Assembly: GCA_013265495.1 (NCBI GenBank)
Contig: MU057999.1
Location: 62,001-126,000, forward strand
Direction of reading: 5' to 3'
Length of the DNA: 64,000 nt
Source: Vicugna vicugna
Taxonomy: Eukaryota
A program made the position numbers and the translations under genes. Each line of letters begins with the position of its first letter. The first letter of the stretch is position 1. A model generated the notes under the pieces. The model had not been told where the DNA came from and ran no database searches. It worked only from the letters and a program-made list of their open reading frames with translations. Positions 11,347 through 25,050 of this stretch are shown one piece after another.

Positions 11347-14300
11347 TTCTAAGCCAGGACACGACCACCTCTCCAGAGATGACCCTGGCTCTCCTTCACA
11401 CATCCTGTGTCCAGCAAGTTCTCAGAACTGGCACAGGTTTCCTTGCTTCCTGACCTATGCCTGGAATGTCTTCACCTGCACTTTGAAATCTCTTGGAATC
11501 TAGCCTATCCTGCAAGACGAGGATCAAGCCGCTTCTCTGACCTCTCTGAATGAGCTCGCAGCACTTGGCCTTTGCCTTCTGTTAAAGTCTTATTCTTGCT
11601 CCTAATTATGTGCCCTTGAAGGTTAGGGACCAGGTGTGTGTTCCCTTTTGTCCTCATGGACATCAGGTACTAAGTGAATAAATGAGGCACGAGTGACAAC
11701 TCAGAGAGCCTTTGTTTTCCCCATCTGTAGGACAGGACTAGTTGTACCGGCCTCCCTGGGGCTGCGGGAAGATCTGGGTGAGATTCCTCTACTGGGGATC
11801 AGCTCACCAACCCCCTCCTCAGGGCCCTTCTCTTTGACTCCTCAGCCTCCTCGATCCTGTGGCTCTTTGCCCCAGCACATCTCTACCATCACAGGAGAAC
11901 CCTTCCCTGACCCTGCATCGCCCTCTGCCACCACTCCACTCTGCTTCGTTAGAGCCAGCCCCCGAGTGCAGGCGAGGCGTGTTACTTCTGGGCCAAAACA
12001 TTTCCTTAGCAGTGCAAGACCTGCGGGGACTTCCTGGCCCTGCCCCGTCACCTGAGGCAGGACGTTATGAAATAAAGGTACTCAGCTACCACATGTCCCG
12101 GAGAGTCACCCAGACCCATAGTAGACTTTAGGTGAGCAAGACATGCACTGCCGTCATGTCACATGACAGATGGATGACGTTTGTTACTACAGCACAGCCA
12201 AGCCTATGCTGAGTTACAGTTACAGGAATTTGTTTAATGAATGGGTGGTTTTGCAAACTGTAAAGGTCCGTGCACTGTTATTGAGTTGGAGCAGGTGCCC
12301 GGGGGGCAGGGACGCCAGCAGGCTGCGGTGACACCGTGCAGTGTGGCAACAGCACAGCAGGGGCGGGGACGGAGCAGAGAGTGGACGAACGGGCAGAGTG
12401 TGTCATGGGAGAAAAACTTTCTCTCCGGTAACGATTTGCCAAGGGCTTGCCCACGACCTGTTCACATATTTAACCTCTGATGGAAGGTTATAGTGAAATC
12501 TGTGCTATTAGCAGGAGGTAGACACTTCTCCCAGGTGTGTAGTTCCTGTGGTTGTAAAAGGTAAGGTTTTTCTCTTGGATTCACGGGGTTTTGGGTTGTT
12601 GTTTTGGGGTTTTTTCTCCCGTTTCTTTCTTTCACACACACACAGCACCTGCCAACTCCTCTGGGAATCTGTAATATAATATTTTAATATCAACTTGATA
12701 CTGACTAGATCCAGCCCCAAACTTAGCTGTATCTCTCCATCTTTGAGGGCGGTTGGAGAAAATCACAATGTGGCTTCGTGAGAATCTGCCAAGCGAGGAT
12801 CTGCTAACCCGTCACCAGGTGGAGGTGTCCCCTTGAAGGTCTGTCTGTGTGCAGCCCTCTGGGGGCCTTTTCTCCTGATGGCCTTTTTTTCCTTTGTCCC
12901 TTTTCTCTGTGACTTTCTTTTGACTCCGGGTGCGATAGGGCTGACGCTGCCTTGGTTAATGAACAGTTGTAATGTTGTGTTGTGACCTGAATAGAAGGTG
13001 GGTAAGTGAAACACTACCTGGCTCTCTCCACCTCCATCACCCACTTCCCTTCACCCTCAGTAGATGCCCCCACCTGCCCCTGGCAGGCCAGTGAACTCCC
13101 TTGGGAAAAGAGGCACTTCCACCCGCCTCCAATTTCAGTATAAGCTGGAGCTGGAGCAGACAGACAGGGCTGGACAGCCTGGTTTGAGTCCAGGTCTGGC
13201 CAGTTATTTGCACAGAGTTGACCCCAGTGGTTACTTCCTTGATTGCAAATTCCTCATCTTCAACTGGGGCCTGAAGACCAGTCTGGCCTCTACCATGGGG
13301 CTATGGGAAGGATCACTCCAGAGGGCTTTGGGCCAAAGGATAATTTATGACAACATGGTGTTTAATTATCACTGCATTTTCTGTATCTGGAGCCAAGAAA
13401 GGTCAAGGAAGGATGCAATTAAAAGGTTCCTGCAGACTCTTCCTTTCCTTCCATTTTGCTCATCCCTTGAGGGACTGGGAGAGGGAGTGAGGCAGAGGGC
13501 AGGCTTCCTAGGACTGGCGTGGCGGGGAGCATGGCTGGGGTGTGCCCAGGGAGCTGGCCCTAGTCTCGGGCGCTGCAAGGTTTCCAGGCTCTGGGGAGAA
13601 GCAGGGCTGACAGGGGGCCTCAGACTGGGAAGGGACCAAAGACCCCCGGTGGCAGGATCCAAGGACCTGTGGATGGCTCTGGGAGCCAGGCCCAAGGCTG
13701 GTGGATATTGAATTTCCAGGCAGCCAGCAGCATGAATGCTTGAAGTCAGACACAACCAATTTAAAGAACTAACTGTGACACATTTCGCACTCCCAGGCTT
13801 GAATTCCCCTCTCAGGACTGGTGAGAACCTAATATAAATGTGAGTTCTTGTGCTGTCTTCTGAGCCCACAAGCCCCTGATGGCAGCCACCCAGATTAGAT
13901 TCACCCTGTCCTCCACTCACATCTGAGCTAACCGAAGGCCTCCTGAGTGTCAACGTCTCGGTGGTCTTAAGCGTAAGTGGGCGTCCCTGACGCTCTGAGG
14001 GACCCACCACGCTGGGTTTGACCACCACCCGCATCAGCCTCATACAAGGGGCCGGTGAGAAGTGTCACTCCTGGGTCCCCCTCAGACCTAAATAAATAGC
14101 CCTGGAGCTGGGTGGAGAGGGCTGGGAGCCTGCTTTAACAACACCCTCTATGAGAGTCTGACGCTCAAGGAGGCTTGTTAAGCTCTGCTCCAGACGTGAA
14201 ATGAAGGTGAGTGTTACGGTCCCTGTTGGCAGTTGGAAAGATTTGCTGCGGAAACAGCAGGACTGACTGTGACCAAGTGATCGGTGATGATTATGACATT

Positions 14301-14579
14301 AGTTCTGTTCTGTATCGTGGACTTAGCTGTTCGTGTCCAACCCCACTTCTGCACAGAAACTCAAGGGCAGGGATCAGGCCCCCCCAGAGCCCGGCACCGT
14401 GGGCATCTGACAGTCCCCTGCAGGGATTCACTGACGGAACAAGAGGTGTCTGCCGCCTGCTCTGTACCAGGCTGATGGGTTGAGTTGTGTTATCTCCCAT
14501 CCCCCCGGCCGTGGGCCCCTGAGGGTTGTGTCAGGGCATCCCCTCTGGCCAGAAGGCACAAGTTCTGTCGGCTCTCTGA

Positions 14580-16422
14580 CAGATATACATGACAGTGCAA
14601 ATTCATGACCAAGTTACATCAGTAGCAAAATTATAATATATTAATAGCAATATCATAATAGAATAAAGGCTTGAGAGGGCAACCATCTTCCAGAATCTAA
14701 AGGTTGGCATTCTCTGTTGATGAGCTCAGCTGAAGGCAGCGCCTTCAGAATTTGGTTAAATTGCAGCGAGAAGGACCAGGGTTAGTCGCAGGGAATCATT
14801 TTCCAAGCAGGACCGTTTGAAAGGCTGACACTGGCCCCTGAGGTTGCATGGAGCCTCCCTTCCTGAGTGAGAGCTTAGGAAACAGAGCTGGTGGCTTTGG
14901 AATCAGGTTGTCTGTAGCAGTGGCTTTCACAAAGACTTTGGTCCCATGGCAGAGTGGCCGTTGACATTCTACCATATGAGGCCTTTCCCGAAGTGGCTTT
15001 GGGACCAGAAGGAGAGGCACTCAACAGCTCCATCCGCCTGTGACCATGACCAACGGCCAGCTGCCCCAGGGGACAGGGTGAGTCAGCTCTCTGTCTCCGA
15101 AGGCCAGGTGTGGGCTCAGTCCATCTCTGGTTCCTGCTGTGCATCTCCCGCGTTGCCCAGCAAGCCCTCTCTACAGACGGAGGGCGGGAAGGCGAGACCA
15201 CAGGGAAGCTCAGGGGAGAACCACACACTAGCGCTGCCTTATACAAAAGTCAGTCTCCAATAAATAAAATATTTGTGGATGAAAGGCCTCCTTTGTTGCC
15301 TTCTAACTCTGAACCTCCACCCCACAGCAGCAGTGCCTCTCTGCCCTGGGGGGTTGAGAAGAGGCTGAGAAATGTTGACGATTATAACAGGCGTGTTGGG
15401 AACCAGGGAAGTCACCTTCTGGGGCCTGTCCTTTCTGGGCTCAGCTGGCCGTCCAGCTTGGCAGCTTCTGACAACCTCTCGGTTTTGGCACTTGTTTGGC
15501 TGACATCTCTGACCGCCTCTTTACTCCACAACACACAGGCTAAGTCCAGACAGGGGAGCCGGTGTGAAGCCACGGTCGTCTGCACCCGAGGAAACTTGGG
15601 GAGGGTCTTCCCATCACTTTGAGAGGAGGAGTCTTGTCTTCACACGTGGGGCGGGGGTGGCATCATGGCCACCCACAGCCTGCCTCGGCTTCCCCAGGAT
15701 GTGGCTTTCCCAGTTTGAGAAGTACCCCCGGAATAAATGTGCGCAGAGCCGCGCACGGCAGGGTCGAGAGTTCATGGGAACAGCACTTGGATGACCCATT
15801 CTCGGGGTGTCTTAGTCCCAGTTCTGGTGCCTGAGTGTAGGTGGAAGAGGGAGCAGCTGGCTGGCCACACTTTCCAACCCGGCAGTTCCCAAAGTGGCCT
15901 CTTGGGGCAGGGAGCGAGCATCTGAGGGGAAGGGAGCCAGCCCCTCCTGGGGCCTGTGCTGGTGCTAAACCCAGATGCAGAGGCGGCTGAGCCAGGCCAC
16001 CCCTAGGCTGGTTCGGGCCAGTGATAACTCAGCCCCTCACTTCTTCCTCTGGGCAGAGACCCAGAGGTCTCCCCACGTAGGGGGAGACCCAGGTCTCCCC
16101 CTGCAGGGGCTGGTGGGGGACAGAGCTGCCTCAGTGAGCATCCCCGTCGGGCAGAGTGAGCCTGGGCCTCTGGGGGCCCTGCCCAACGAGCCAGGGAAGA
16201 CCCAGCCCTCCAGCTCTGTGCCCACCGGGCCCAGGTGCACAGCAGCCCTAAGGGACCCTAGGGGTCGGGGGCTTTGGGAGGAGGGGACAGGGAGGGAAAA
16301 TGGCAATGGGGTTTTCTTTCTTATTTAGGGAACAAAAAGGAGACGCCATGTTAACATTAGTAATATAGGCAGGTGTGGGGCAGGGTCCGCTCCCGCGAGC
16401 AGGGCGCGGGCCGAGGTCACGG
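14580..16422 (-). other. SLCO2A1: SLCO2A1 3' UTR (distal end approximate)
   Basis: Follows the stop codon, is largely repeat-free, and has AU-rich blocks near 15260 and 14620-14670. The cleavage site could not be fixed from sequence. Confidence 0.55.
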
Positions 16423-16740
<318 letters not shown>

Positions 16741-17039
16741 TCATTGCTTTAATCCTCAAGGGTACGAGCCTCCCAGGGACTGGGCGGGGAGTAGACATGG
16801 AGCACCCAGTGCTCCTCATCCCTGCCCTGGCGCCCCCTAGAGGGCCAGAGGCAACACTGCGGCCTCAGCCAGCCTGCAGGGTCCCAACTTCCCAGCAGAG
16901 CCAGAAGGAGAGGGTAGCTTCCCGCTGCCTGCTCGGCCGACCCTCTCCCGGCCTTCTATGCCACTCCCACAGCGCTTCCAGACCCCATCCAGCCCCTCGA
17001 GCCCACTCTCCCCACGGTTGCTTTTTGTTTGTTTTCATG

Positions 17040-17186
17040 TTTTTGTTTAAAGTTTTTTGAGGGGGAGGTAATTAGGTTTGTTTGTTCGTTAATTAATTAA
17101 TTAATTAATGGAGGTACTGGGAATTGAACCCAGGGCCTTGTGCATGCTAAGCACATGCTCTACAATTGCGCTATACCCCCACCCCC
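17040..17186 (-). mobile_element. vic-1-type SINE with extended tail
   Basis: Reverse complement of a tRNA-Ala-like head plus (TTAA)n and aaacctaattacctccccc tail. Confidence 0.85.
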
Positions 17187-17684
17187 TACCTCGCTGCTTC
17201 TGTCTGCATGAGGCAGCAGGTGAGGTGGCCAGAAGGGGTGCAGAACTCAGGGGTGCTGCAGCTGGGCTCGGACACCTGAGGCAGGTTGGACCCACCTGCC
17301 CTTGGCCTCTGCCAGGAGCCAGGATGGGCCACCTCTTTCTGAGCAGCAGGAGGCTGGCCTGGCATCATCACTGCACAGCCATGGCTTCTCCCTCGGGCTC
17401 CAGCCACCCTCTGTCCCTTTAACAAAACTCTTTCTGCTGCTGTCCCTCCCAAGAGCCAGGGGGGATCGCAGACAGGGGGCCACATTGGAGCAGCCCCTGG
17501 GGCTTGTTTCTTGGACGGCTCTCTGTGAGCCCCAAAATGCGTGTCACTGGTGGCCCCCGCTCCCTGCCCATGGCAGCACCCCTCTGGTCCTCCCAGTCAG
17601 AGGCCTGACAGCTCCACGACTGCTAGAGCAGACGACTGCCCTCAGCTCGGGCCTGGGGCCTGGCCTGGGCACGCGGGGCCCTCA

Positions 17685-17831
<147 letters not shown>

Positions 17832-19719
17832 TCAGAGAGTCCAGGTCACGCGGTGCTGCTGTCGGCGAGCCCCACCCGCATCCCTCGGCGCCCCTGCACG
17901 GCTCACATGCATGAGGGCAGCTCTGCCCCACCCCAGGATCCACAGCAACTTTGCAAAGCACAATAGCTTTCCGTGAAGCCTGAATTACTCTCTCACTTGA
18001 GTCTTAGGAGAGAAAAGAGACCCGAGCCATCCTTTCAGGGCCGTGTGGGTCACAGATGTCACCGTGCGCCAGCTCAGACAAATGACACAGTTCCCCTACT
18101 TGGAATCGGCCCAAGTGGAGCCGTGCTGGGCTCCACAGGGTGGCAGGAGGCTCTTGAGGGCACGAGTCCTTAAGGCCTCCCAGCAGCCGGGAGGTGGGTG
18201 GGCGCCCTCATTTTAACAGGGAGAAAGGTGGGCTCGGCCAGCTCACCACGGCATAGTGGGGCGGGATCAGGGCTGGACTTTGAACTCTTGTTTTTGGAAG
18301 TTTGAGTCCTACGTTCTTCCACTAGGCCAAGCTGCCCTGCTGGCTTAGACAACATCCTCCGAAGACCCTGGCTGCTCAGAGCCTCTGCCCCAGGCCCCCT
18401 GAACTTCCACACTGCTGAGAGGTGAGACCCAGGCCCTACAGCTGCCAAATATTCACACCAGCCCCTGCATCCTTAGCCACAGTTCTGGGCAGACCCTGGA
18501 CTGGGGAGCGGCTTGGCTGAATCCACTCCCAGCCCAGGCCACCTCATTCTCAGAACCACTGTGCTGAGAACAGCCTCCCTGATTCTGTTTAGGACCCTGG
18601 GAGATGCTGCTTTAGAGGAAAGGAAGAGACAGTCTTCTGCTGCGGCTCCATCCGGAAATGAGAACCTTCAAGAACCAGCCTCTCTTCTCAAACCCTGCTG
18701 ATTCCTGAGTCTCCAGGTTAATTAGGGGTAGAAACTGGCCACAAGAACTGACCTTCCTGAATGATGTTCCCTGAACAGAAATAAAGTCCAGAGAAATGTT
18801 CAACCACTGAAAAAGCTGGTTCACGCCTCACCCAACACCTTGCACAACCTTGGTTGGAGAGGGCCCCCTAGGGCTTGCGTGCAGCAGGCCCCAGGAGAGA
18901 CGTCTCCCCAGAGCGATCCCGGAAGCCGCTGCGGGGTCAAGTGCAGACCAGACTGTGGGCTCTACAGGGATTTCAGCGTTCAAGGTCAGAAAGTGCACTG
19001 TGACCGCTACAGAAGTCCCTCCACTGCAGCCACCAGACTCCCCACAGCCATGTGGGCCCCCGGGTCTTTAATAAATGTGTCCAGTCCCTTTACTTTGAGT
19101 ACCTGTCACTGCAGGGGTCTCCACGTTAGTGTGCTGTGTTTAATCTGGTGCTTGTAAGTGTCTAAAAGGGACAGTCTAGCACGAGCCATCTGGGAAAGGC
19201 CCGCAGTGTCCCCACTCCCAGGGAGGGGACCCCGCACTCAGCTCACACTCCCTTCCACGTGCACAGCACCCTTCCTCCGTGGGCTCCAGGCTGCTGGAGA
19301 GCAGGCAGGGTTGCCGGCAGAGGTCCCCGCTTTGCTGAATTGAGGTGGGAGGAGTGGGTTTTGTAAAATGGAAGGGAAGCCAGGGCAGGGCTCTGCAGCT
19401 GTTCTGGCTGGGACAGGAACACGAGGTTTTTATTCCTACAGCGAATTCTTGGAGAGAGATGAAAAAATACCTGCCTTCAGCGTGCTCTTAGACATTCTCC
19501 ACTGTGTCCACTTTTCCTTTTTCTTACATAATTTAGTTTGGAATTAATGTCTGAGATGGAATCTTTCCTAACCTCAAATGACAGGGAAACCACCCATACG
19601 GGGTTTGGCATTTGCTGTTGCATTGGTACAGCTTCTCTTTACAACAGAGATGAGATGGGGCTTCTCCCCATCCGCGTCCTGCACCACACAGCCCTCCGAT
19701 TTCCCTTCACCTGGGGTCA

Positions 19720-19836
<117 letters not shown>

Positions 19837-20999
19837 TCAGCAGCAGGAGGACCTAGGGCTGTGCCTTCCCTCCGTCAGAACCTGCCCTCGCATGGCCTGT
19901 CTGACTTCCCCTTGGCCAGCGCTTCTGTTTTTGGTTTCAGAGATTCTGAGAGCAGGATGGCTGGACCAGCCACATCTGCATCCCTGGGAACGTGTTGGAG
20001 ATGAACATTCTCAGGCCTTGCCTCAGAGGACGAATCCGACACTCTGGCGGGGGGCCCGGCAGTCTGTGTCGCGAGGGGCCCTCCGGGAGAGTCTGTGCAC
20101 ACTCAGGTCTGGGAACCACTGGTTGGGGGAAAGCATCTGGGGCTGAGGTGACAGTACGGAGGGAAACTCAGAAGTAACCCCCAGATCTCGGTGTGGGTTT
20201 CGTGTTACTTCCATAGTTCTGCTAGCAAACGGGAAAGGGACCCTCTTTCAGTTTCTCAGAATGCCCACTCGGGTGGAGCAGGGGAGAGGTACCTGCTGGG
20301 ATCCCCCCAGTGGAAAGCACCTCAGATCTCAATCTAATGGACGCACTCTTTACTGCTCACAGACCCCTCCTTTGGCCCAGTCCACAGCAGACCTTCCGTG
20401 TCGTGGTCCTTAACCCCAGGCAGACTCCCTGCGTTCTCAATCAAGTGAGACTCGGGAACGTCTATTTGGTTCTGATGGAGATCTTGAGCCCCTCCTGGTC
20501 TCTGCCCCTTCAGCCCTGAATTAACACTGGCCCGCTGACCACCCCCTCTCCTGACATGTTTCCGGCAAACCTTCACTCCCAGCCTGTATTTCTGTGCCTG
20601 GCCGGGGGCCAGGATGGACACAAAGGAGGCTCTGGGCACCGACAAAGTCATCTTTAAACCTCAGCTTCTCCACATTACACAGCATCCACTCTTTCCTCTT
20701 TCTCAGAGGGATTTATCTTTAAACCATTTTGGGATCCTGGGGCCTCTTCTCCAGATTCAGTCCAGCCCCTGACCAGACTTGGCAGGGAGAGGTTTTCCAG
20801 AAAAGCCCGTCCTGTGCTCTCCCTCCCTCCTTCCCCACCACTGGGGCTTGAGCGTCCTTGGGGAAGTGATCTGACGCACCCCCCCACCTCAGCCTCACTG
20901 CTCAGGGATTTCCTTATGAAATCTCTTTCTCCTATTCCCGCTCCTCGTCATGGCCACCCACACACCTTTCTAAGGATTCCTGGGTCCACCATGGTCCAT

Positions 21000-21570
21000 C
21001 TGACGCCGGGTGCCAGAAGGGAGCCCCACAGGGGCCTTGGGTGAAGGTGCAGGTACTTGGAATGCGCGGGTGGGGGCAGCAGAGGAGAGGCTGAGGCGGT
21101 GCTGGGAGAGGAATACGCCCTGGGCTCTGAGCATCCTAGGCGGTCTTGCAGAGTATGCTAAGAATGCAGGGTCTGACTGCTGGCTTCCTGGGCCGCTTCT
21201 CAGGGTCGTGGTTGCAAGGAGCAACCTCGAGGCCTGAGGACAAAATCTTCCCCTAGACCAGGCGCAAGCTTGCTCTGTACTAGCTGTGGCTCTCCCAGGC
21301 TCGGTGTTCCTCAGCTGTGACCTAACCCACTGCAGGTGAGACATACACCTGGGCCCCTCCATGTCACCCAGCAGGACTTGGTGGGGCACAGATAAACGAT
21401 GCAATAGGGGGTTCACGCTGTTTGCTGTGCTGTGAGCAACAAAGTCCTTCGCCTTTGACCCAGGAGTCTCCTGGCTTCTGCCAGCATCCTTGTGAAGCAG
21501 TAACAGAAACAGGAGCTTGGTAGTTTGCAAGCTAACTTGTAAACAGGGTAAAATCCCAGACCCTCCTCAT
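21000..21570 (+). mobile_element. ERVL-type solo LTR (MER54/MER74-like; family uncertain)
   Basis: aaagtccttcgcctttgacccaggagtctc..cttctgccagcatcc...gggtaaaatcccagaccct LTR 3' signature. Confidence 0.5.
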
Positions 21571-22461
21571 CTACTAGTCTTCTGGGAAATAGGGCATTGC
21601 TACTTAGCTAGCTAATAATACTAATAATAATGACAATCAATATGCAGAGTACCTTGTATTTACAAACCATTTTACCATATAAACCCTCACACCCATCTTT
21701 TGAGGTCAATATCATTAACCCACTTTCATAAATAAGGAAACTGAGACCCAGCGAGGCTGGCAACACCCAAGGACATTCCACCAGTGTAGGATAGAGCTGG
21801 GCCTTTGACCCTGGCCCTGGGCTTCCAAATCCTGTGGTTCTCCCTCTCTGTGTGCGTGTGAGGCAGGAGAGGACAGGAGGGAGGCGAGCAGGAGGTGAGT
21901 ATGCAAACTTGGTTGAAATGTTATTTTCTCCTTCACAGAGTGTGAGGTGAAGGGAGGGTCATTCGCTGTCCAAACCTCAGGGACACCTCTGCCCTCCTCC
22001 ACCTCCCGCCTGGCCAGCCCCGCCCTTCTGACCTGGCTCCTAGCACACTGGACTTTCCTCATTTGCATCCTTTCCCATAGTCATCATTCTGCCTCTAGAA
22101 CCTTCCCCATTTTCCTCCCTTGATTTTGTGCATCCAACTGAAATTCTCCTCCCTCCTCTCAGTTCTTTTAGGACTTAAAGATAAGTGAATCTACAGGCGA
22201 GTCCACAGTGTGGAGCCAGGTAGCCTGGTGTGGTCCCTCCACGTGCAGGACGGAGGTGCGTGGACGCCGTGAGACGAGTGAGGCTGCAGTGAGGGATGCC
22301 ACACGGGCCCCTGGCACCGCTGCATCAGCATTATCTCCCTGTATCACCCCAAGACCATCACACATCCGTGTCCGGAGGACTCTGAGGGCCAGGAGAGCCG
22401 AGATGGGGGCAGCTGGGTACATACAAAGTGAGGGAAGCACGGGAAGGAGAGGCACACTCAC

Positions 22462-22625
22462 CGCAGAACCATCATGTAGAGGGGGTTGTGAGAGATGCAG
22501 GCTATGAGGGCCACAAAGGAGATGAGGAAGATGGTCGGGAGCAGGAAGTGGGAACAGGGGATGGGGCACGGGCCGGTCTTTGCTGAAGCCGATCCTCCGC
22601 TCACGCAGCTGCAGTTCAAGTAGGT
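22462..22625 (-). CDS. SLCO2A1: SLCO2A1 coding exon 11 (164 nt; [55 protein letters not shown])
   Basis: Manual translation; AAG acceptor after a pyrimidine tract, GTGAGT donor. Confidence 0.96.
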
Positions 22626-24884
22626 CTTGAAGGGAGAGGGAGGGAAACGGGAAACCTGCTGTTACTGTTTTGCCTCCACACACTTCAAATGCCTTCTCGC
22701 CCCTCTTCCCTGGTGATGCTGGATGCAGAGGCTGGAGAGACTAGGTGAGAGTTTCAGGTGCCCAATGGAGCCCACGTCTGACCACTGTTTGGGCAACAGA
22801 AATTGTCTTCACTAAAAGCAGTTGACCAGGGTGGGCTGGGCTCCTCCCGCAGTTCCACCCACAAGGATACACAGGATTCCACCACAAGGTGAGGCCCACC
22901 CAGGTAGGGACCGGGAGCTGGGAAGGCTTTCCTCTGGGCCAGGCCATTCTGTGCCCAGCAGTTGTGGTTTTGTGGGTTGTTGTTTTAGCTGTTGTGTGTT
23001 TACTGCAGGGGTGGTTAGGAAGATAAAAACAAGAGGAGATAGCAGTGGGAACACAGTGGAATCCACTGAGCTTCCTGCCTGAGAGGAATTCCTCCTATCT
23101 GTAAAAGATTCTGTCTCTAGTCTGCAAGTCTCACTTCTCTTGGCAGCCACTGCCAGTGTCAGATGGCCTCAACTTCCCTCTCACAGTGTCTGATGGACCA
23201 GCCTATGACTATTTAAGTGTCAAAGCAGTTATAGAGCCAAGATTGGAGCTAACGAGCTGGTATGCTTCCTTCTATCAGACATTGGAACTACATACCCTCT
23301 TTACTTTGGCTGCTGGGAAGCTCAGAATTAAGTTATCTACACTGTTGCTGCTACTTCCCTCAGTCTGGATTTTTTTAAACATCAATATTTTTCCTTATAA
23401 TTTGCTATTTTTTTTTCTTGATATGATGCTAATGGGTTTTGGTCCTGATGTGCTTGTGCTGTTATTGGAAACTTGTCAAGATTATTTCTGGAAGTAGATG
23501 AGTCAGAGGTAAGTAAATAAAGATAAGAAAACCACAAAAGCCACCACAGACTCCTCCGGCAAGGAGGCAGTCGAGAGAGCATCCTGTCCCAGTTCTCTGG
23601 CCTCCTGCTGCCGAGAACCATGCTCCTCAGCCACATGGGTGGCTGTGGATGCAGCCTTGCCCTGTCCTCTCAGAGGAGGATAGTAATCCTTGCCTGTGGA
23701 TGGGCTAGCCTTGCCCCTGCCCTCCACACAGGCTTAAAGGAATAAGACTCGGTCCTCTCCTTGGGGCATCCTCAGGGAGGACAGACTTCCCAGTGCTCAT
23801 AGGAAAAGGACACCCAAGTCCTAAGCCTGGCCTCCCGGGCTCTGGCCCCTGCCTGTTCCCTGGTCAGAGCACTCTCGCCACTGCCCCTTACTCCGCACCA
23901 GCCCTGGCCTTCTCTCTCTTCTACACCAGCTCATTCACACCCTGGGGCCTTGTGCTTGTCCTTCCTGCACCTGGAACACTTTACTCCCAGGTCTTCATAA
24001 CATTGTCTTCTCTTGGTTGTTCAGTTCTTAAAGTCACCTCCTCAGGAAGGCCCCCAGGCACTCTCAGTCCGATTAAGTCTCTTCATGGGATGGGTTACTT
24101 TCTAAATTTCCCTTGTGCATTTATTTGGTAGAATGCAAACTCGTGAGGGCAGGAACCTGGTCTGGTGGGTTCCCTGCTGAATCCTCAGCACCGTGGCTGT
24201 GTCTGGTGTTCGCTAAGTATTTGTTGAACAACTTGAATTGGCTTGCTGCTGGCTGATCCCAGAAGGCCGGGAGCTGCAGTGCTCAGAAGGCTGGCCAGGA
24301 CCTTGCCAAGTGAGCGCGGTGAATGTGGGTTGTGTGAGCAGAAGGCTGGTGGCTGGGAGATACCTGATCTTGAACAGATGTGCCCCAGGCTGAGGCAGGG
24401 CCCTGGGTTCTAGTCCCAGATTTGCCCCTGAACAGCTGTAGACTTCAGGTCAGCTGTGGAGTGTCAGGAGGGGTGGAACCAAATGCCCTCCGTCACTACT
24501 GCCAGCTCTAACCATCCGGGGCCACATTGCAGAGGTCTTCTGCCCTTTATTTATCTGGGCCCACCCATGTGGCTCTGCAGCACGGCCAGGGCGCAGGACT
24601 GCGACATGCCCACTAGCACCCATCAGGGTGAGACTGGCAGGCCTCCGCGGAAGGAGTGCTCTGGCTCATTTCTGCTCTGAGCACTGTTGGGCCTCAGGAA
24701 TGTGAATTTGTTGGACATCGGCCAATTGTTAATTGACTTTGGGCTGTAGGAATCTGGTCATGACCTTAAAGGAGGGAGGTGGAGAGAAGATGGGTGTGTC
24801 CAGGATGCTGGGAATGAGTTGGGTGGAGCCCCGCCCATCCCCGGAGGAGCAGGCTGCGAGGACACACACTGCCCCGGCCCTTAC

Positions 24885-25050
24885 CGCCTGCTTGGTGGCT
24901 ATCGAGGTGACATTGATGTAGCTGCAGCCGGCATGGCAAGGGGAGAGGTACTCAACCCCATTGTCTCCGCAAACCGGGTGGAAGATAGAGTCCGGGCACG
25001 AGCAGTGCCTGCGGCAGGCGGGAGGCTGTGGATGTATAGAACTTGGTGTC
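24885..25050 (-). CDS. SLCO2A1: SLCO2A1 coding exon 10 (166 nt; Kazal-like domain [31 protein letters not shown])
   Basis: OATP Kazal cysteine pattern; CAG / GTAAGG boundaries. Confidence 0.97.
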
